Below are positions 58,556 through 64,000 of a DNA stretch of 64,000 nt, one piece after another. The position numbers and the translations under genes are program-made. The number at the start of each line of letters is the position of its first letter. Within the stretch, counting starts at the first letter, position 1. The stretch is from an uncultured delta proteobacterium (GTDB lineage Bacteria > Desulfobacterota > Desulfobaccia > Desulfobaccales > 0-14-0-80-60-11), in contig CAWETI010000003.1 of NCBI GenBank assembly GCA_963812015.1, forward strand, positions 544,001 through 608,000, given 5' to 3'. The notes under the pieces are model-generated. The model had not been told where the DNA came from and made no database searches. It saw nothing but the letters and a program-made list of their open reading frames with translations.

Positions 58556-58969
58556 CTACCAGGATTTGCCGTACTTCCGCTGTGCGACGATGCGTTTCCA
58601 GCAGCTCCCTTCCAGGTCTTCCGGTTTGAGCTGGGTGCAAGCGACGAGCTTGCCCCGGGCCGACACCACCACATTCTTGGGCTTGCCCAGGAAGGTGACA
58701 TTGGCAAAGGGCGGCGCCGAGGTCTTGCCTTCCCCGGAAAGGGGCTTCAGGTCTTCGGTCTCGACGTAGCCGGGCAGGATGAAATCCTTGCCCTTGGCCG
58801 GTCCCGGCTCTTCCACCCGCTGGCCGTTTTCCCACTCCGAATAATAGAGGGTATCACAGCCGCCGCATTTGAAATTGCCTTTGTATTCCCAGAAGCTGTA
58901 GGGATCCAGGAAATTCCGGGCCTTGCATTTAGGACAATCGTACATCAACGATATTTTGAATTCAGTCAT
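58556..58969 (-). CDS. Zinc-ribbon-containing hypothetical protein
   Basis: GGAGG RBS; CPKC...KCGGC. Confidence 0.7.
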   Translation of the reverse strand: MTEFKISLMYDCPKCKARNFLDPYSFWEYKGNFKCGGCDTLYYSEWENGQRVEEPGPAKGKDFILPGYVETEDLKPLSGEGKTSAPPFANVTFLGKPKNVVVSARGKLVACTQLKPEDLEGSCWKRIVAQRKYGKSW

Positions 58970-59048
58970 ATCGAGTCATTCCTCCCGTTATGAATAGAGG
59001 TGCAGCGAAGGCAGGCCGGCATGATAAGCCGGACCCACTGCGCTCCGG

Positions 59049-60410
59049 TTAAATGACCTCTTTGGCTTCCATTGCCCGGATCTGGTCCGAGCTGAGGCCG
59101 CAGACCCGCTGGTAGATTTCTTCGTTGTCAGAGCCCACCGGGCGGTGCACGTGTTTCAAGCGCGGCGGGGACTCGCTCATCTTGTACATGACCTTCTGGG
59201 TGAAGACGTCGCCGTAGAAGGGGTCATCGTACCAGCCCAGGGCGCCCCGATCCAGCCAGTGGTTGCAGTTGGCCGCTTCCAAGACGGTCAGGAGAGGCTG
59301 GGAAATGATGCCGGCACCGCTGAAGATGCGGTTAGCCTCTTCCTTGGTCTTGTTTTTCAGGAACTCTTCGATGGCCGGGTAGATCTCTTCCTGGGCCCGG
59401 GCCTCGACGCGATCGTCATGGCTGGCGTATTTCTTGCCCAGGTCGGGGCGGCCGATGAGGTTCATCAACTTGCCGAAGTCTTCGTCCGTATAGGCCTGGA
59501 CGCAGATGTAGCCCTCTTCCTTCTCAGCCGGATGGTCCGAATGGGGATAGGAGGTCAGGCCGCAGGCGCAGATGCCGTTGACACAGATTTCGGTGTCCCA
59601 GTTGCCCCAGCGCATCCGCACGACGCCGCTGCGACCCCAGAGGGGCAGGGCGTATTCGGTGTACCGGGTGGAACCCTGGACCTGGGAACACTCAAAGTAG
59701 TTGCCCTGGCCCGACACCGTATCCCGCCAGTAGAGGCCGGCCAGCATGCCGGTGGAGACCAGCATGCCAACGGAGTAGTCCATGATCCAGGTGGTGTGTT
59801 TGCTGGGGAAGCCGGCGCTGGCCCTCCCGGCCCGGTGGCCGGTGAAGGAGAAGACGCCGCCCTTGGCCTGGCCCAGGATGTCGTAGGAGGCCCAGTTCCG
59901 GCCGGGGCCGAAGCCGCCGAAGCCGCCGCACCAGGCCAACACGATACGGGGGTTGACCTCTTTGCAGGCGCCGTAGCCGATCTTCCAGCGGTCGAAGGTG
60001 CCGGGCCGGTAGTTCCAGACCATGGCGTCGGTCTTCGACACCAGGTTGTAGAAGATTTCCTTGGCTTCCGGTTTGCGGTAGTCCAGGGTGCAGAAGTACT
60101 CGTTGTGATTGGCGCCCTGGAAGGCCGGGGAAGTGCCGCGGCCCGGGTTCCACCGGGAAACCGGGTAGAACCAGGTTTCATTGTAAGGCGAGCAGTGGCG
60201 CATGGGCTCACCCAAACGGGGCACCTCGATCTTGATGACCTCGGCGCCCAGTTCACCCAAGTAAGCGGCAGCGCAAGGGCCCAGGATGTACTGGGTGCAG
60301 GACAGTACCCGGTACCCTTTCAGGGACTCGGGTTTCTCAAAAAGTGCGTCCTTATTGAAGATAGTCTTGCAATAATCCTCAAAGGGTAGATTATCCAGGT
60401 GTTCGGTCAT
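59049..60410 (-). CDS. Family III (CaiB/BaiF) CoA-transferase, Asp-containing subunit
   Basis: GP....YLGELGAEVIKIE, NYRPG, FGGFGP...SYDILGQA, GQG..E. Confidence 0.9.
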   Translation of the reverse strand: MTEHLDNLPFEDYCKTIFNKDALFEKPESLKGYRVLSCTQYILGPCAAAYLGELGAEVIKIEVPRLGEPMRHCSPYNETWFYPVSRWNPGRGTSPAFQGANHNEYFCTLDYRKPEAKEIFYNLVSKTDAMVWNYRPGTFDRWKIGYGACKEVNPRIVLAWCGGFGGFGPGRNWASYDILGQAKGGVFSFTGHRAGRASAGFPSKHTTWIMDYSVGMLVSTGMLAGLYWRDTVSGQGNYFECSQVQGSTRYTEYALPLWGRSGVVRMRWGNWDTEICVNGICACGLTSYPHSDHPAEKEEGYICVQAYTDEDFGKLMNLIGRPDLGKKYASHDDRVEARAQEEIYPAIEEFLKNKTKEEANRIFSGAGIISQPLLTVLEAANCNHWLDRGALGWYDDPFYGDVFTQKVMYKMSESPPRLKHVHRPVGSDNEEIYQRVCGLSSDQIRAMEAKEVI

Positions 60411-60428
60411 ATTTCCTAACCCCCTCTA

Positions 60429-61859
60429 TTAGATGAGCCCTTTTCCGTACAGCTCATTCAGCTTGGCGGTATCGAAATTACAGAGCTTGCGGTACACGTC
60501 ACTGTTATCATAGCCCACGGGACGGCCCAGGTCTTTGACCCGGCCCGGAGTCCGGTGGCCATAGAACAAGGAGCCGCAGAACAGCACCTTGCCGTAATGC
60601 CCTGTGTCGATGGACCGCACCATGCCCCGGTATTTGTAGTGGGGCTCTTCCGCCACTTCGTCGATGAAGGAGACGCCGCCGGCGGCCACTTCTTCCTCCA
60701 GCAGCTTGGCCCGGCACTCTTCCCGGGTCCAGTCCTTCATCCAGTCGGTGAGGATGGTGCAGGTCTTGACCTGCTGGTCGTGGCCGACCCGGTCGATGAC
60801 CACCCGCAGGGTGGGCTCATCCAGGATCATGTCTTCCAGCTCGGGGCGGTCTTTGCCTACGGTCTTCCAGATGCGGTACCACAGCCGGTCATGGCCGCCG
60901 CCCACCATCATGTAGCCGTCTTTGCAGGGGTTCACCGAGTAGATGTTGATGGCCAGGTCCCAGTTGCCGTAACGGGGCTTACTGGAGCCGTCCATGCCGT
61001 ACCAACCCCAGGCATAGTCATGGATCCTCAGGTGGGACTCAGCCGAGGTGACTTCGATGAACTGGCCTTTGCCGGAGGTTTCCCGGTAAATCAAGGCGGC
61101 GATGGTGCTGTGGGCCGTCAGGTTGCCGGCCAGGATGTCGTCGGACCGCTCGCCGGACCGGATGGGAGTGCCGCCGAAGGACTTGGGCAGGCCGGTGGCA
61201 TGGCACCAACCGGTGGAGCAGGGCGAGGAGGGATAGAGTTCGCCCGGCTTGTCCTTCAAAGGACCCCACTGGCCTTTCTGCCCGGTCCAGACATAAATCA
61301 GGCGGGGGTTGATCTTGGAGAGCTGGCGGTAGCCGATGCCCCACTCGTCAAACTGCCCGGGGGCATAGTTTTCGACGAGCACATCGGCGTGGACGACCAG
61401 CTTCTTCAGGATGGCCCGGCCCTCTTCCTTGGTAAGGTCCAGGGTGATGGACTGTTTGTTCCGGCATTCATGCAGGAAGCCGCCGCCGCAGAGGTCGCCG
61501 TTGACGTCATCCTTGAACATGTAGCGCTTGCGCCCGAAAGCGCTCAGCTTCCGGAGGGGAGAGCCGCCCGGGGGTTCCACCATGATGACGTTGGCCCCCA
61601 GTTCGCCCAGGTAGCCGCCGCCAAACATGGCGTTGACCTGCAGGCCGCCGTGCCCGCATTCCAGGACCCGGATTAGGCCCAGGGCTTCGGGTTTGGCCAT
61701 CTCGTGTTTGGGATGGAGCCAGCCCTCAAAGATGGTGGAGATTTCCCGAGACGCCTCGGTGCAGATTTTCGGGTCATAGACTTCTTCAAATGTGGGAATT
61801 GGGGTCAGAGGCCACAGTAAAGGTGCTTCTTGAACCTCTTTTTTAAGATCTTCGGACAT
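60429..61859 (-). CDS. Family III CoA-transferase subunit lacking the catalytic Asp
   Basis: LGELGANVIMVEPPGG, RNKQSITLDL, ADVLVENYAPG, INPRLIY, GQWGP..DKPGELY. Confidence 0.88.
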   Translation of the reverse strand: MSEDLKKEVQEAPLLWPLTPIPTFEEVYDPKICTEASREISTIFEGWLHPKHEMAKPEALGLIRVLECGHGGLQVNAMFGGGYLGELGANVIMVEPPGGSPLRKLSAFGRKRYMFKDDVNGDLCGGGFLHECRNKQSITLDLTKEEGRAILKKLVVHADVLVENYAPGQFDEWGIGYRQLSKINPRLIYVWTGQKGQWGPLKDKPGELYPSSPCSTGWCHATGLPKSFGGTPIRSGERSDDILAGNLTAHSTIAALIYRETSGKGQFIEVTSAESHLRIHDYAWGWYGMDGSSKPRYGNWDLAINIYSVNPCKDGYMMVGGGHDRLWYRIWKTVGKDRPELEDMILDEPTLRVVIDRVGHDQQVKTCTILTDWMKDWTREECRAKLLEEEVAAGGVSFIDEVAEEPHYKYRGMVRSIDTGHYGKVLFCGSLFYGHRTPGRVKDLGRPVGYDNSDVYRKLCNFDTAKLNELYGKGLI

Positions 61860-62030
61860 TCAGCATCCTCCTTTATTGCCGTTAATTCGAATTCTCATTT
61901 AGGGAAACTTGAGTCCGCTCAAGTCCAGCCTTACTTCGGATAGGCGGCAGCCACCTCCTTTCGTGAATATTCTGGCTCACGCGAAGGAGCCAGGCATGTT
62001 AGTACCTCGATATAGTCCGAAATACCTTCA

Positions 62031-62047
62031 AGCTAAATTTGTGCCAA
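62031..62047 (-). promoter_or_regulatory. Sigma54 (-24/-12) promoter
   Basis: Minus strand reads TTGGCACAAATTTAGCT: TGGCAC with GG-N10-GC spacing, ~170 nt upstream of the ATG at 61859. Confidence 0.75.
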
Positions 62048-62361
62048 ATATCTCAAGTTAGGGGAAAATTTTCTCCATGAAATATAACTTGTTTGATTTA
62101 TTGAATTATTTCCCTAAGATGACTTAGGCCGGTGGTGGCTTCCGGGAGGGCGTTCAACCCAAAAGCCGCCAGGGCTGGGGGAATCGGTATCAGGCGGGGG
62201 GGTGTTTTTCCCCGCAGGCGAAGCGGCCGGGGCGACGAAAATCTGGTACGGCGTCCCGGCTAGTTTTAGTATAATGATCTTAAGAGGCCTTCCGGGATGA
62301 GGCGCCGCACGTGAGCGCCCCTCCTGACCGCAGGCCCGAAACACTTAATGAGCCTGAGACT

Positions 62362-63567
62362 ATGGCAGATCAGCACGTCCATGCCCCCAAAAACTGGTTT
62401 GAACGCCATCCCCGCAAGACTATTTTAGGGTTGGTCTTGATCCTGATTCTGGGCGCCACCTACGGCACCGAAAAGCTCCTGGCTTATATCAACCATACCC
62501 ATAACCTGGTACTCTTTACCGAGAGGCGCTATATCAATTTAAGGGAGATCCTCCCCGGGGTCGACACGGTGGATGTCCCCCCGGACCGGGCCGTGCGGGA
62601 ATCCGACGACCTGGTCCAGAAGCCCTACCGGGTGCGCACCGACGCCCAGGGCTTCATGCTGCCATATAATCATTATGACAAGGCGGATAAGACCCTGGTG
62701 TTTTTGGGAGGCTCCACCGTCGCCTGCATCTATGTGGATGAAACGAGCCGGTTTCCCTACCTGGTGGGCCAGCTCCTGGAACAAAAGACCGGGAAAAAGA
62801 TCACCTCGATTAATTCGGGGGTCGGCGGCAACAATTCTTTGCATTCGCTGGATATTTTATTGAACAAGATTATCCCGGTCAGGCCGGATATGGTCATCAT
62901 GATGCATAACATCAACGACTTGGTGGCCCTGATTTACGATGGGACTTACTGGAGCAAAAACCCCACCCGGGAGCCCATCGTCAATTTCAATTTTTATAAG
63001 ACCCTCACGGGGCTGAAGGCCCTGTCCACCCTGGCCCGGGATATGTATATCCCGAACCTCCACGCCGCGACCCGGATCCTGAGCAAGAAAATCTTCGGCA
63101 AAAAGGTGAAGGACCCGGACGACGAGTTTGCCTACATCCGGGGCAAGAAGCTCACGGTGGATGAGGCGCAGATTCTGGCTGAATTCAAGATGAACCTTAA
63201 CACCTTCATCAACATCTGCCGGGCCCGGAGAATCACGCCGGTGCTGATGACCCAGTTCAACCGCTACAAACCCAATCCCGACCCCAAGGTCCTGCAGGCT
63301 ATGAAGGGCTTTGAAGCCGACTCCCAGATCCCGGTGGGCGAATTCATGGATCTTTACGCCAAATTCAACCAGGCTATCCGGGAAGTGGGGAAAAGCAACG
63401 ACGTCCTGGTGATCGACCTGGCGGCTTTGATCCCCCAGGATAAACAATATATGTATGACGTGGTGCACCTCAACACCCAGGGGTCGGAGCTGGCCGCCCA
63501 ACTGATCAGCGAGGGCCTGCTTGGGCAGGTGTCAGGGTTCAGGGGGCAGGGACCAGAGAAGAACTGA
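62362..63567 (+). CDS. Membrane-anchored SGNH/GDSL hydrolase-family protein
   Basis: FLGGSTV, NSGVGG, HNIND, DVVH; paralog of 11999-13165. Confidence 0.82.
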   Translation: MADQHVHAPKNWFERHPRKTILGLVLILILGATYGTEKLLAYINHTHNLVLFTERRYINLREILPGVDTVDVPPDRAVRESDDLVQKPYRVRTDAQGFMLPYNHYDKADKTLVFLGGSTVACIYVDETSRFPYLVGQLLEQKTGKKITSINSGVGGNNSLHSLDILLNKIIPVRPDMVIMMHNINDLVALIYDGTYWSKNPTREPIVNFNFYKTLTGLKALSTLARDMYIPNLHAATRILSKKIFGKKVKDPDDEFAYIRGKKLTVDEAQILAEFKMNLNTFINICRARRITPVLMTQFNRYKPNPDPKVLQAMKGFEADSQIPVGEFMDLYAKFNQAIREVGKSNDVLVIDLAALIPQDKQYMYDVVHLNTQGSELAAQLISEGLLGQVSGFRGQGPEKN

Positions 63568-63628
63568 TCCCTAACCCCTGATCCCTTTCTTTGTATCCTC
63601 TGTGTCTCTGTGGTAAATAATCATCGAG

Positions 63629-64000
63629 ATGGAGCGCCCACCGAAAAAAATTAACGTGCTGTTCATCATCAAACCGGAGCGGGGCGCCGGCGCCGAAATG
63701 GTGCTGGTGGAGGCCGCGGCGCGCTTGAACCCGGACCGCTTCCAGGTGATTTGCGGCCTGCTGACGCCGGATGCGGAACATCTCATTCCCTCGCACCTGG
63801 ACACCATCGACTTCCGTCTGCCGGGGCTCAACGGCTGGGTCTGGCTGCGGTTTTTCTTCCACCTCGGCTGGGTTATCTATCGCCGCCGGGTCGACCTGTT
63901 GCACGTGAACAGCTATGTCCCGGGGAATTACGCCCGCCTGGCCGGGGCCCTGATGCAGGTGCCCATCATCATCGACCACTGGCACGGCTTCACCCGGTTC
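63629..64000 (+). CDS. Glycosyltransferase family 4, N-terminal part (runs off the window)
   Basis: MERPPKKINVLFII...GAGAE...VDLLHVNSY...PIIIDHWHG, open to the window end. Confidence 0.75.
   Translation, partial: MERPPKKINVLFIIKPERGAGAEMVLVEAAARLNPDRFQVICGLLTPDAEHLIPSHLDTIDFRLPGLNGWVWLRFFFHLGWVIYRRRVDLLHVNSYVPGNYARLAGALMQVPIIIDHWHGFTRF

Overview
A 64 kb GC-rich bacterial chromosome segment. Gene content and style suggest an anaerobic Desulfobacterota/deltaproteobacterium; this is inferred, not verified. The backbone is housekeeping: tatA, rarA, dnaJ, 2-oxoacid:ferredoxin oxidoreductase alpha/beta, thiC, phi plus an hps-RraA fusion, pcm, mrdA-mreDCB divergent from rpmH-rnpA-yidD-yidC-jag-mnmE-rsmG, an MBOAT/SGNH pair, panE, phoU, an atypical DnaA, namZ, radA, a CCA/poly(A) polymerase-family enzyme, rpiR, a class II aldolase, lsrF and a Zn-dependent dehydrogenase. 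Three AT-richer islets interrupt it. The first (17.7-19.2 kb) has a HEPN protein and BrnTA. The second (45.9-48.8 kb) has HigBA and two orphan genes bracketed by GTAG palindromes. The third (53.7-56.0 kb) is a decayed island with IS3 and integrase remnants, a duplicated gene 3' end and a MucR protein lacking its zinc finger. Three families of small intergenic repeats are present. The best candidates for something undescribed are: (i) a sigma54-promoter, four-gene operon encoding a two-subunit family III CoA-transferase and two small Cys-motif proteins (58.3-62.0 kb); (ii) a ~150 nt highly structured RNA-like element behind its own promoter/operator at 31.8 kb; (iii) the zinc-finger-less MucR; (iv) the REP-bracketed accessory islets. 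I recognised no tRNA, rRNA or CRISPR array. All calls come from reading sequence and motifs by eye; no database searches were run.
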